Source: an uncultured Actinomycetota bacterium (lineage in GTDB: Bacteria > Actinomycetota > Thermoleophilia > Solirubrobacterales > Solirubrobacteraceae). Taken from it: DNA of 64,000 nucleotides. The DNA is taken from positions 542,050 through 606,049 of the forward strand of contig CAVWWN010000023.1 of assembly GCA_963758705.1 (NCBI GenBank), read 5' to 3'. The translations under genes were made by a program, and so were the position numbers. Below the pieces are notes generated by a model. The model saw nothing but the letters and a program-made list of their open reading frames with translations. It was not told the DNA's origin and made no database searches. Positions 35,456 to 44,494 of the stretch are shown here, piece after piece (position 1 is the first letter of the stretch; each line of letters opens with the position of its first letter).

Positions 35456-36323
35456 TTAGTCGTCGGACGGTGCCGCGTCCGACGCGGCTTCGGTTTCAGT
35501 GTCTTCAGATGCTTCGGGCTCGGGCTCCGCGGCGGGGGCCTCGGCCTCGGCCTCGGGCTCCGCGGCGGGGGCCTCAGCCTCGGCCTCGGGCTCCGCGGCC
35601 GGTGCCTCAGCCTCAGCCTCGGGCTCCGCGGCCGGTGCCTCAGCCTCAGCCTCGGGCTCCGCGGCCGGCGCCTCAGCCTCGGCCTCGGCGGCGGGGGCCT
35701 CAGCCTCGGCCTCGGGCTCAGCGGCGGGGCCTCAGCCTCAGCGCGGGCTCCGGCAGCGGCCTCGGGCTCGGCGGCCGCGGCAGGCGCGGCGCCTCGCCGC
35801 TGACCAGGCCCGGTCGATCTCCACGATGGCCTGCAGCTGGATGGCGATCCCTGCGATGAGCGCGTTGAGCCCACGCGCCAGCCCGGTCAGCGGCGCGGCG
35901 ACCGTGCCCACGAGCTGGGCGTAGAGCACCTCGCGGGAGGGCAGGCGGGCGATGGAGCGCACGTCGTCGGCGCTGAGCACCGACCCGTTGAGCACCCCGC
36001 CCTTGAACTCCAGCAGGTTGAGCTGGCGCGCGGTGTCGTTGAGCGCCTTGGCCGCCATGGCCGCATCGCCCTTGACGAATGCCAGCGCCGTGGGCCCGAC
36101 CAGCATCGGCTTGAGCGTGTCCATCCCCGCCTGGTCGGCCGCCCGCTCCGAGAGCGAGTTCTTGACCACGCGGAAGCGGGCGTCGGCGGCGCGCAGCTTG
36201 GTGCGCAACTCGGCGACCTGATCCACCGAGATCCCGCGGTAGTCGACCGCGAAGATCGCGTCGGCCTCCTGCAACTGGCCGGCGATCTCGTCGACGACGG
36301 CTGCTCTTCTGGTCTCTGTTCAT
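35456..36323 (-). CDS. rplJ: 50S ribosomal protein L10 with a long acidic Ala/Glu/Pro repeat tail; at least 3 frameshifts in this sequence
   Basis: MNRDQK, a break near 36305, then [51 protein letters not shown]...[16 protein letters not shown]. The tail is ...[22 protein letters not shown]...[17 protein letters not shown], with breaks near 35820 and 35725. TAA at 35456-35458. Confidence 0.85.
35519..35742 (-). repeat. About 7 tandem copies of a 33-nt (11-codon) unit inside the rplJ 3' region
   Basis: Plus-strand unit ctcgggctccgcggcgggggcctcggcctcggc, with variants (ccggtgcc, ccggcgcc) plus one 27-nt and one 32-nt copy. On the minus strand it encodes (P)[10 protein letters not shown] repeats. 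Confidence 0.8.
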
Positions 36324-36337
36324 ACCTTGCTCTCTCT

Positions 36338-36368
36338 CAAAACAAAACGCCCGCTGATCGGCGGGCGT
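36338..36368 (-). terminator. Intrinsic-terminator-like hairpin plus U-tract in the rplJ leader (candidate L10-leader attenuator)
   Basis: Minus-strand reading: acgcccgc-cgatca-gcgggcgt-UUUUGUUUUG, an 8-bp perfect stem. It ends about 15 nt before the rplJ ATG (36323) and lies about 150 nt after the rplA stop. A T-run like this is conspicuous in a genome of about 70% G+C. Confidence 0.55.
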
Positions 36369-36513
36369 CGTCGGAGGGCGTGGTGCAGAGCGCCGGCCGG
36401 CTTCGAGTGACTCCGCCTGCCCCGGGCTTACGCGCACTGGCGGCCGGAGGTCTGAGGCTTTCGTCTCGTGGGGTTGCTGACTTTCAGTCTAGGACACGCA
36501 CCGATCGCCGCGA

Positions 36514-37233
36514 TCAGGCGGCGACCGGCTCCTCCACGATGTCGCGGGTCCGCGACGGGTCGACCTTGACGCCCGGGCCCATGGTGCTGGCAAACGTGAC
36601 CGAGCGGATGTAGCGGCCCTTGGCCGCCGCGGGCTTGGCCCGGATCAGCTCGTCGATGACGGCCGCGTAGTTCTCCAGCAGCATCCGCTCCTCGAAGTCC
36701 TTCTTGCCGATCACGAGGTGCACGATCGCGGTCCGGTCGGTGCGGTACTCGACCTTGCCGGACTTGGACTCGCTGACCGCCTTGGCCACGTCCACCGTGA
36801 CCGTGCCCACCTTGGGGTTGGGCATCTTGCCGGCGGGGCCGAGGATGCGGCCCAGGCGGCCGACGATCGGCATCATGTCCGGCGTGGCGATGGCGACGTC
36901 GAAGTCGTCGAAGCCCTCCTGGATCTGCTTGGCGAGATCCTCGCCGCCGACGATGTCGGCGCCGGCCTCCTCGGCCTCGCGCGCCTTGTCGCCCTGGGCG
37001 AAGACGGCGATCTTGACGTCCTTGCCCAGGCCGTTGGGCAGAGCGATCGTCCCGCGCAACTGCTCGTCGGCGTGCCGGACGTTGAGCCCGGTGCGGACGT
37101 GCACCTCCACGGACTCGTCGAACTTCGCGGTGCTCAGCTGCTTGACCAGCGCGATCGCCTCCGAGGGGGTGTACTCCCGGCCGCGGTCGAAGCGCTGCTT
37201 GGCGTCGAGATATGCCTTTCCGTGCTTGGCCAT
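36514..37233 (-). CDS. rplA: 50S ribosomal protein L1
   Basis: 239 aa, [33 protein letters not shown]... Intact. Confidence 0.95.
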   Translation of the reverse strand: MAKHGKAYLDAKQRFDRGREYTPSEAIALVKQLSTAKFDESVEVHVRTGLNVRHADEQLRGTIALPNGLGKDVKIAVFAQGDKAREAEEAGADIVGGEDLAKQIQEGFDDFDVAIATPDMMPIVGRLGRILGPAGKMPNPKVGTVTVDVAKAVSESKSGKVEYRTDRTAIVHLVIGKKDFEERMLLENYAAVIDELIRAKPAAAKGRYIRSVTFASTMGPGVKVDPSRTRDIVEEPVAA

Positions 37234-37252
37234 CGTTCGTTCTCCTGGGTCG

Positions 37253-37675
37253 TCAGACGACGTCCACGCCCATCGAGCGGGCCGTGCCGGCGATGATCTT
37301 CGCCGCTGCGTCGATGTCGTTGGCGTTGAGGTCGGACATCTTCTTCTCGGCGATCGCCCGCAGCTGGTCCTGGGTGATCTTCGCCACCTTGTCGCGATGG
37401 GGCTCGGCCGAGCCCTTCTCCAGCGACAGGGCCTGCTTGATCAGAACCGCCGCGGGCGGGCTCTTGGTCACAAACGTGAACGAGCGGTCCTCGTAGACGG
37501 TGATCACGACGGGGATCACGGTGCCGGTGTCGGCCTGCGTCTGGGCGTTGAACGCCTTGACGAACTCCATGATGTTGACGCCGTGCTGGCCGAGCGCGGG
37601 GCCGACCGGCGGCGCCGGGCTGGCCTGGCCGCCCATCGCCTGGAGCTTGATCTGAGTTAGGACCTTCTTGGCCAT
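37253..37675 (-). CDS. rplK: 50S ribosomal protein L11
   Basis: 140 aa, [43 protein letters not shown]... Intact. Confidence 0.95.
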   Translation of the reverse strand: MAKKVLTQIKLQAMGGQASPAPPVGPALGQHGVNIMEFVKAFNAQTQADTGTVIPVVITVYEDRSFTFVTKSPPAAVLIKQALSLEKGSAEPHRDKVAKITQDQLRAIAEKKMSDLNANDIDAAAKIIAGTARSMGVDVV

Positions 37676-37698
37676 TGCCGCTTCTCGCTTCTCTCTCG

Positions 37699-38220
37699 CT
37701 AGATCTTCTTGACCTGGTCGAAGCCCACCTCGACCGGAGTCTCACGACCGAAGATAGACACCAGGACCTTGAGCTTCTGGGCGTCCTCGTTGACCTCCGA
37801 GATCTCGCCGCTGAAGTCCGACAGCGGGCCGGACACGACCTTGACGGACTCGCCGATCGAGAACTGGGCCCGGCTGCGCGGCCGCTCGGCCGGCTCCATG
37901 TGCAGCAGGCGGTCGACCTCGGCCTGGGTCAGCGGTACCGGCTCGTTGGAGGCTCCGACGAACCCGGTGACCCCCGGTGTGCCCTTGACCAGCGACCACG
38001 AGTCCTCGTTGAGGTCCATCTGCACGAGCACGTACCCGGGCATGGTGCGCTTCTCGACCGTCACCTTCTGGTTGTCCTTCATCTCGGAGACGGACTCAGT
38101 GGGGACGATGATCTGGCGCACGGCGCGCTGCTGGTTGAGCGAGACGACGCGGTGCTCGAGGTTGTGCTTGACCTTGTTTTCGTGGCCCGAATAGGTGTTG
38201 ACGACGTACCAGCGGAACAT
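37699..38220 (-). CDS. nusG: Transcription termination/antitermination factor NusG
   Basis: Start moved to internal M30 ([17 protein letters not shown]...). NGN and KOW domains are present ([21 protein letters not shown]). Confidence 0.92.
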   Translation of the reverse strand: MFRWYVVNTYSGHENKVKHNLEHRVVSLNQQRAVRQIIVPTESVSEMKDNQKVTVEKRTMPGYVLVQMDLNEDSWSLVKGTPGVTGFVGASNEPVPLTQAEVDRLLHMEPAERPRSRAQFSIGESVKVVSGPLSDFSGEISEVNEDAQKLKVLVSIFGRETPVEVGFDQVKKI

Positions 38221-38245
38221 GTTTCTCTCAGAGTGACTAAAGCGT

Positions 38246-38834
38246 TTAGGGGAGGATGAGCTTGACGACCTTCGTCGCAACGAAGTCGGCAACGCCCAGG
38301 AACGCACCAGCGACGATGACGAACCCGATCACAACTCCGGTGGCCTGCATCACCTGCCGGCGGTCAGGCCACTGTACTCGCTGGAGTTCGCGCCAGCTTC
38401 CCTGAAGGAAGTGGACGACACGGGTGGGAAGGTGCTCGCGCGGCGCCGACACTGCGGTCGATGCGCCGTGACGTCCGCCACCCGGACCCACCGTCCTCCG
38501 GACCGAGATCGTCGTCATCCTCATCGTAGCCACCCCCGCCGCCATCGCCGGCAGGCTGCTCATCGCCGGGTTCGGCCTCGGCCGGCTCCTCGCCGGCGGC
38601 CTCCTCGCGCGATGCCTCGGCCTCCGGCTCCCCCGCCGCCAGCTCCGCGTCGGTGTACTCGGGGCGGCCGACCGCCAGCTGGGCCTCGGCGAGCTCCACG
38701 TCAGGGGCGGCGTGCTCGAGCGGATCCGGGGTGTCGTCGGAGCGGTTGCCGCGGGCCGTCGCCACGCCAGGCTGCGCGGCGGGGCCGGGCCGGCGCTCCC
38801 GCCCGGCGCTACGGCGTTTACGGTTGCGAGCCAC
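38246..38834 (-). CDS. secE: Preprotein translocase subunit SecE with a long acidic N-terminal extension; 1 frameshift
   Basis: The N-terminal frame reads [17 protein letters not shown]...[35 protein letters not shown]. After the break near 38485: [79 protein letters not shown]. Confidence 0.75.
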
Positions 38835-38852
38835 GGGCAGTCCGGCGCGCTC

Positions 38853-39017
38853 TCAGCGCGTTTCGCGATGAGGGGTGTGGCACCTGCACCAGCGGCAGTA
38901 CTTGCGCAGCTGCAGTCGCTCCGGATTGTTCCGCTTGCTCTTGTTGGTCTGATAGTTCCGGCGCTTGCACTCCTCGCACGCGAGGGTTGCGGCGATCCGG
39001 ACGTCTCCACGGGCCAT
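38853..39017 (-). CDS. rpmG: 50S ribosomal protein L33
   Basis: Internal M29 of the track ORF gives [54 protein letters not shown] (54 aa, the CxxC...CxxC zinc form). Confidence 0.9.
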   Translation of the reverse strand: MARGDVRIAATLACEECKRRNYQTNKSKRNNPERLQLRKYCRWCRCHTPHRETR

Positions 39018-39184
39018 TTTGCGCTTCTTTGCTGGTAGGGATAAGCCGCCGCGGGCGTGAGAAGAAACGCCGCCCGGCGCCGTGCGGAGTGTAGCGCCCA
39101 CTCTCGGGCCGGGCGCTCCTGAGCAGGTGAGATTGCACTATTCAGGAACAATGCGCTGATGCGCACACCGATCGCCGCCGGCGC

Positions 39185-39910
39185 ATGATCCGGCTGATCG
39201 GGCTGGTGGTCTCGATCGGGATCGCTGACTCGCTGAACCCGACCACGATCGCCCCTGCCCTCTATCTCGCTGCCGGAGACCACGCTCGGCGGCAGGTCGC
39301 CGAGTTCACGGCCGCGGTCTTCGGCGTCTATTTCCTCGGCGGCCTGGTCATCGCGTTGGGGCCGGGCGAGCTGCTGCTGGCGATCGTGCCCCGTCCCGGG
39401 CGCCACCTCGGCTACGTGCTGGAGATCGTGGCCGGCGGCGCGATGCTCGCCGCCGCCGCGGTGCTGTGGGGATACCGAGCCCGGCTGGCGCAGGCCGAGG
39501 CTCCTGAGATCAACCCCAAGGGCCGCTCGAGCGCGATCCTCGGCGCCACCATCACCGCGGTCGAGCTGCCCACGGCGTTCCCGTATTTCGCGGCGATCGC
39601 CACGCTCGTGGGGGCGAACCTGAACGTGATCCGCATCGTGATCCTGCTGCTCATCTTCAACGTCTGCTTCATCCTTCCCCTCCTGGGCATCCTCGCCGTG
39701 CTCACCTTCGCCGGGCCCAACGCCCAGCTCGTGCTCACCCGGGGACGGGAGTGGCTGGAGGCGCGGTGGCCGACCGTGCTGGCGATCCTGGCCCTCGTGG
39801 CGGGCCTGATCGTGACCCTGCTGGGCGTCACCGGCCTGGCCAGCGCCCACCACAACGACTTCGGCACGTTCTCCCGCAGGCTGCGCAAGGTCTTCCACCT
39901 GCACCAGTGA
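39185..39910 (+). CDS. GAP-family (Sap/DUF2910-like) membrane protein
   Basis: 241 aa with 6 TM spans. N-terminal IGIADSLNPTTIAPALYLA and TAVELPTAFPYFAAIA recall the mycobacterial Sap/GAP family, from memory. Confidence 0.6.
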   Translation: MIRLIGLVVSIGIADSLNPTTIAPALYLAAGDHARRQVAEFTAAVFGVYFLGGLVIALGPGELLLAIVPRPGRHLGYVLEIVAGGAMLAAAAVLWGYRARLAQAEAPEINPKGRSSAILGATITAVELPTAFPYFAAIATLVGANLNVIRIVILLLIFNVCFILPLLGILAVLTFAGPNAQLVLTRGREWLEARWPTVLAILALVAGLIVTLLGVTGLASAHHNDFGTFSRRLRKVFHLHQ

Positions 39911-39982
39911 GCGCTCCGGCCTGAACGCGAACCTGGGTGCGGGAGGTTTCGCCGCGCCCGAGACGAGGCATATTCTCCTGCG

Positions 39983-40573
39983 GTGGCAGCGGTGACCCCG
40001 GAGAACAGGACGTTCGACCCCGCCGAGCTGCTGGGGCTGCTCGACGGGCGCTACGCCGACGTCCGAGAGGAGCTCCGGACGGTGATGAGCCGGCCCGAGT
40101 TCGCTCCGGTCGTGGCCCTCCCCACTCCCGAATACCGCGCGCGGGTCAACGCGGCCCGCGCCCATATGGCCACGGTGCTGCTGGAGGCGTTCCAGCGCGC
40201 GGTCACCGACTGCGAGGACGAGGATCTGCGCTCCGTGCTCAAGCTCCTCTGCGACCTCTACGCGCTGGCGGACCTGGAGTCAGACCGGGCCTTCTTCCTG
40301 GAGCACGGGCGCCTGTCGGGGCCGCGGTGCAAGGCGATCACCCGCGAGGTCAACCGGCTGTGCAACGAGGCTCGGCTGTGCGCGGGCGCGCTGGTCGACG
40401 CCTTCGGCATCCCCGACGAGATGCTCGCTGCCCCGATCGCGCTGGGCGACCCGGACCGGCGCGGGACTGAGCGCCGGTGCCCGCCGCGAAATCAGTGCTC
40501 GACGTCAGCCGGCTCACCGAGCTGCAGGAGCTGCTGGGCACCGACCGCGAGGCAATCGTCGGGACCCTCGTGA
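39983..40573 (+). pseudogene. Relic of an acyl-CoA oxidase/dehydrogenase: N-terminal about 55 aa fused in frame to the C-terminal about 100 aa (large internal deletion)
   Basis: The N-terminal FDPAELLGLLDGRYADVREELRTVMSRPEF...TPEYRARV runs directly into the C-terminal-type block LLEAFQRAVTDCEDEDLRSVLKLLCDLYALADLESDRAFFLEHGRLSGPRCKAITREVNRLCNEARLCAGALVDAFGIPDEMLAAPIA. The catalytic core of about 450-500 aa is absent. Confidence 0.5.
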
Positions 40574-40835
40574 CCGAGCTGACCTCCGCGGTGGAGCGGA
40601 TCAACGAGGGCCTGGCCTGCGGCGATCTGGTCGAGGTGGCGGCGGCGGCTCATGCGGCCCGCAACAGCGCGCTGATGATCGACGCCCAGCCGGTGCTCCA
40701 GGTGCTCAAGCAGCTGGAGACCTGTGCGCGCAACGAGCAGACCCGACGAGGCCGCGGCGGCCGCGCGCCCGCCTGCGCCGGGCCTGGCCGCGGTTGCGGC
40801 GCGAGCTCGAGCAGGCTGCGGAGGTTCGCCAGTAG
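40477..40835 (+). CDS. Hpt-like (histidine phosphotransfer) four-helix protein; at least 1 frameshift near the 3' end
   Basis: [69 protein letters not shown] contains a putative H-x-x-(K/R)-x-S Hpt motif. A plausible C-terminus ...[21 protein letters not shown] lies in another frame, with its stop at 40833-40835. Confidence 0.4.
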
Positions 40836-40853
40836 CGCTCTGGGGGCGGTGCT

Positions 40854-41161
40854 CCGTGGGGGGTCTGCCCTGGGTATGGGGCGCACGTCAACGGCGGGCT
40901 TGGGAAAAGGGGATTGGGCGTTGGCTGGCGGCCTGTCCCGGGCTGCGTGAGGGTGCAAAAGTCGACAAACAGGGAATGCTCGGTCCTGGTTTTCCGGCGA
41001 AATGCGCGCTGGTGCGCATTCGGCGAAAATCGGGCGGCGCAATCCGGGTTTGTCGACTTTTGCACCCTACCACGGCCGGATGGGCTCGCCGCCCACCTCG
41101 CGTCCACCCTCCTAAGCCCGCCGTTGACGTTCGCCCCATACCCAGGGCAGACGCCCGACGA
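40854..41161. repeat. About 300-bp nested inverted repeat (MITE-like or giant hairpin) between convergent genes
   Basis: Outer arms 40863-40901 and 41114-41152 match 38/39 (gtctgccctgggtatggggcg[c/a]acgtcaacggcgggctt). Inner arms gggtgcaaaagtcgacaaac (40951-40970 and 41049-41068) match 20/20. A central sub-palindrome is ggcgaaatgcgcgc-tggt-gcgcattcggcg. No plausible ORF lies inside. Confidence 0.7.
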
Positions 41162-41172
41162 GCCGAGAGCCG

Positions 41173-42002
<830 letters not shown>

Positions 42003-42032
42003 CGACGAGCTGAGGCCCGGCTCGCGAGGGGG

Positions 42033-42532
42033 CTACGCGCTGCCCAGCCCCACTCCGGCGGCGACGATCAGCGCGCCGCCGAGCGCCACCTGCAGCAGGC
42101 TGGTCCGCAGCGAGACCGCGAGGAACCGCTTGCGGATCAGCGAGATCGCGACCAGCTCGATCGCCACCACGATGCCGGCGACGACCAGCGCGGTATGGAC
42201 GTCCCGGATGAGGAACGGCAGCGAGTGGAACACGCCGCCGAAGGCGGTCATCGACCCGGTCACGACCCCGCGGGCGACCGCGGAGCCGCGGCCGGTCTCG
42301 CTGCCGTCATCGGACAGCGCCTCGGAGAAGCCCATGCTGATGCCCGGCCCCGACGCGCCGTGGCGAGTCCGACGAACAGCGCCGCGTGCGAGCCCGACAG
42401 CAGGGCGGCGGCGAAGATCGGCGCCAGCGTCGAGAGCGTCCCGTCGATCAGCCCCACCAGCCCCGGCTGCACGTAGCGCAGCACGAGCGTGCGCTCGTCG
42501 ATGTTGCGCAACTGGCTCAGGCTCTCGACCAC
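42033..42532 (-). CDS. VIT1/CCC1-family (iron/manganese transporter-like) membrane protein, 1 frameshift
   Basis: (V)[58 protein letters not shown] / ...[45 protein letters not shown]...[14 protein letters not shown]... Break near 42355. Confidence 0.6.
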
Positions 42533-42539
42533 GCATGCG

Positions 42540-42563
42540 AATTATAACAACTGTGTTAGAATT
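42540..42563. promoter_or_regulatory. AT-rich palindromic operator candidate (Fur-family box) in the divergent VIT1/Fur promoter region
   Basis: AATTATAACA-actg-TGTTAGAATT, with half-sites matching 9/10. It sits in a 59-nt gap between divergent start codons and is the only AT-rich stretch locally. Confidence 0.45.
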
Positions 42564-42591
42564 AGGTCTCCCTTAAAGTCGACTGCGACGC

Positions 42592-43053
42592 ATGCCCGGC
42601 CACACCGCCACCCCCCCGCCCGCGTCCGACCGACCTCGTCGAGCTCCTGCACCGGCGTGGCCAGCGGGCCACCCCGCAGCGGCTCGTGATCCTGCGCGAG
42701 CTGCGCCGGCGCGGCCGCCACGCCACCGCCGACGAGATCCGCGAGCGCGGTCCGGCACGAGCTGCCCGGGACCTCGACGCCGACGGTCTACGCCGCGCTC
42801 GAGCTGCTGGTGGATCTCGGCCTCGTGCGCCGGATCGACGCCGGCGCGGGCGCCACGCTCTACGACGCGCGCACCGAGCCCCACCAGCACACCGTGTGCC
42901 GGCGGTGCGGCCGCGTGGACGATCTCGACGGCGAGCTGGACACCGGCCGTGCTCGAGCAGGCCTCGGCGCGGGCCGGCTTCAGCGCGCGGGCCGTGGAGG
43001 TCGTCATCTCCGGGCTGTGCGCGGACTGCGCCGCCGCGGCTGCCGCGGCCTGA
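42592..43053 (+). CDS. Fur-family metalloregulator (Fur/Zur/PerR type), 3 frameshifts
   Basis: MPGHTATPP / PTDLVELLHRRGQRATPQRLVILRELRRRGRHATADEIRER / HELPGTSTPTVYAALELLVDLGLVRRIDAGAGATLYDARTEPHQHTVCRRCGRVDDLDGELDT / AVLEQASARAGFSARAVEVVISGLCADCAAAAAAA*. The first break falls in a run of 7 C (about 42612-42618). The CxxC...CxxC motifs are present. Confidence 0.7.
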   Translation: MPGHTATPPPASDRPRRAPAPAWPAGHPAAARDPARAAPARPPRHRRRDPRARSGTSCPGPRRRRSTPRSSCWWISASCAGSTPARAPRSTTRAPSPTSTPCAGGAAAWTISTASWTPAVLEQASARAGFSARAVEVVISGLCADCAAAAAAA

Positions 43054-43120
43054 CGCTCAGCCGGCGGTGCCGCCACCTGACGCTCAGCCGGCCGGTCGCC
43101 GTGAGCGCGGCTCAGGGCGC

Positions 43121-44006
43121 TCAGGAGGCGGCGACGGCCCGGGAGCGCTGGCGCTCCGGGCTGATCCGCACCACGTTCCAGGCCAGCCCCACCTTCTGCA
43201 TCCCGGCGATGATCACGCCCGAGGGATCGACCTCCCACCAGCGCAGGCCGTGGTAGGCCGAGCGCGGGAAGGCGTGGTGGTTGTGGTGCCAGGACTCACC
43301 GAGCGACAGCACCGCCAGCCAGCCCACGTTGGTCGAGTGGTCGTCGATGTCGAAGCGGCGGCTCCCGAAGAAGTGGCAGACCGAGTTCACCGACCACGTC
43401 ACGTGGTGCACGAAGAAGATCCGGACCAGGCCGCCCCACACGAGGCCCTGGAGGGCCCCCGCCACGCGTGAAGTCGTGCAGCGCCCAGCCGGCGACGGTG
43501 GGGATGAGCAGTGAGAGCACGCGCGAGCTGCGGGAACCGGCGGCCGATCATCCGCATCGCCGGATCCTCGTAGAGCTCGGCGGCGTACTTCTTCCAGTCG
43601 GCCTGGCCCTGGGTCTCCATCAGCCAGCCGACATGGGCGTGCCAGAGGCCGGAGAGGCCGCTGCCGTGACCGACGTGCGGGCTGTGGGGATCGCCTTCGC
43701 GGTCGGTGTGGGCGTGGTGCTTGCGGTGGTCGGCCACCCAGTCCATGACCGAGCCCTGGACCGAGAGCGAGCCGAGCACGGCGAACGTCCGCTCCACCCA
43801 CGGGTAGCTGGCGAAGGCGCGGTGGGTGAGCAGCCGATGAAAGCCGACGGTGATCCCGACCGCGGTGAGCATGTACATGACCACGAGCACGATGAGGTCG
43901 GACTGAGGTCGACCGCGCGGTTCCACAGCATCACGATCGCCACAAGCGTCCCCACGAACGGGACCACCACTCCGGCAAGGTTCGCTGTGCGCTCGACTCG
44001 GGTCAC
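43121..44006 (-). CDS. Membrane acyl-CoA/acyl-lipid desaturase (stearoyl-CoA 9-desaturase-like), 3 frameshifts
   Basis: All three histidine boxes are present: GFHRLLTHRAF, DHRKHHAHTD, ESWHHNHHAF. The pieces join as ...MLWNRAVD / SDLIVLVVMYMLTAVGITV...EDPAMRMIGRRF / LVLSLLIPTVAGWALHDFTRGG / ALQGLVWGGLVRIFFVHHVTWSVNSVCHFFG... Confidence 0.8.
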
Positions 44007-44086
44007 CTGGAACCTAGGTTCTCATGTGCAACCACGCATTTCTTGCGTGATTGGGTGGCCCGACCGGGCTGGAATTTAGAGATTAT

Positions 44087-44440
44087 CTACGATTCTTGGG
44101 CCCGAAGACCAGCCGCCGCGGCAGCGGCACCGGGGACAGGCGGTCGATCGCCTCGCCCGACGAGCAGCCGCGGCTGGAGCGTGGCCAGCAGACCCGCGAG
44201 CTCGGCGCGCTCGTCGTCGGTCAAACGACTGCGCCGGCCGCGCCCCACCCGCACGAGGGCGAGGAGCCGCCGTCGCTCGGGCGGGCTCAGCTGGGACAGA
44301 TGGTCACGGGCCAGCAGGGTCAGCTCGGCCGCGGCGAGCAGCTTGACCACGGGGATGTGCCGCAGCCCAGGCACCCGTTCGGACGCCTTGCCGAGGCCCA
44401 TGTTCAAAAGCCGGGAGGGCACCCGTTCGAGTCTAGGCAT
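44087..44440 (-). CDS. Hypothetical protein
   Basis: Internal M94 of track ORF 44087..44719 gives MPRLERVPSRLLNMGLGKASERVPGLRHIPVVKLLAAAELTLLARDHLSQLSPPERRRLLALVR... High GC3; no motif recognised. Confidence 0.4.
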   Translation of the reverse strand: MPRLERVPSRLLNMGLGKASERVPGLRHIPVVKLLAAAELTLLARDHLSQLSPPERRRLLALVRVGRGRRSRLTDDERAELAGLLATLQPRLLVGRGDRPPVPGAAAAAAGLRAQES

Positions 44441-44494
44441 GCGCCCGGGAACGGGCGACCGATGATTTCGCGGCGTGGGATCGTTAGACCCCGA

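Noticed and set aside
35499-35760. Regularly spaced 33-nt repeats that could superficially suggest a CRISPR array.
   Set aside because: The repeats are directly adjacent with no unique spacers. They sit in frame within the rplJ 3' region, where they encode an Ala/Glu/Pro repeat, and no cas genes are present.
38835-38852. Expected tRNA-Trp between rpmG and secE, common in many bacteria. I also looked for tRNA/rRNA genes across the window in general.
   Set aside because: The gap here is only about 18 nt. I found no GGTTCGA(A/T)TCC-type T-arm or cloverleaf candidates on either strand anywhere in the window. This was a manual scan only, and tRNAscan-SE/Infernal would be definitive.
38246-40165. 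639-aa minus-strand ORF spanning secE, rpmG and the GAP-family gene region.
   Set aside because: Only its last 65 aa or so (the SecE TM helix) are meaningful. The rest is an out-of-frame or antisense read-through across rpmG and across the plus-strand membrane-protein gene. It was replaced by secE (frameshifted) and rpmG.
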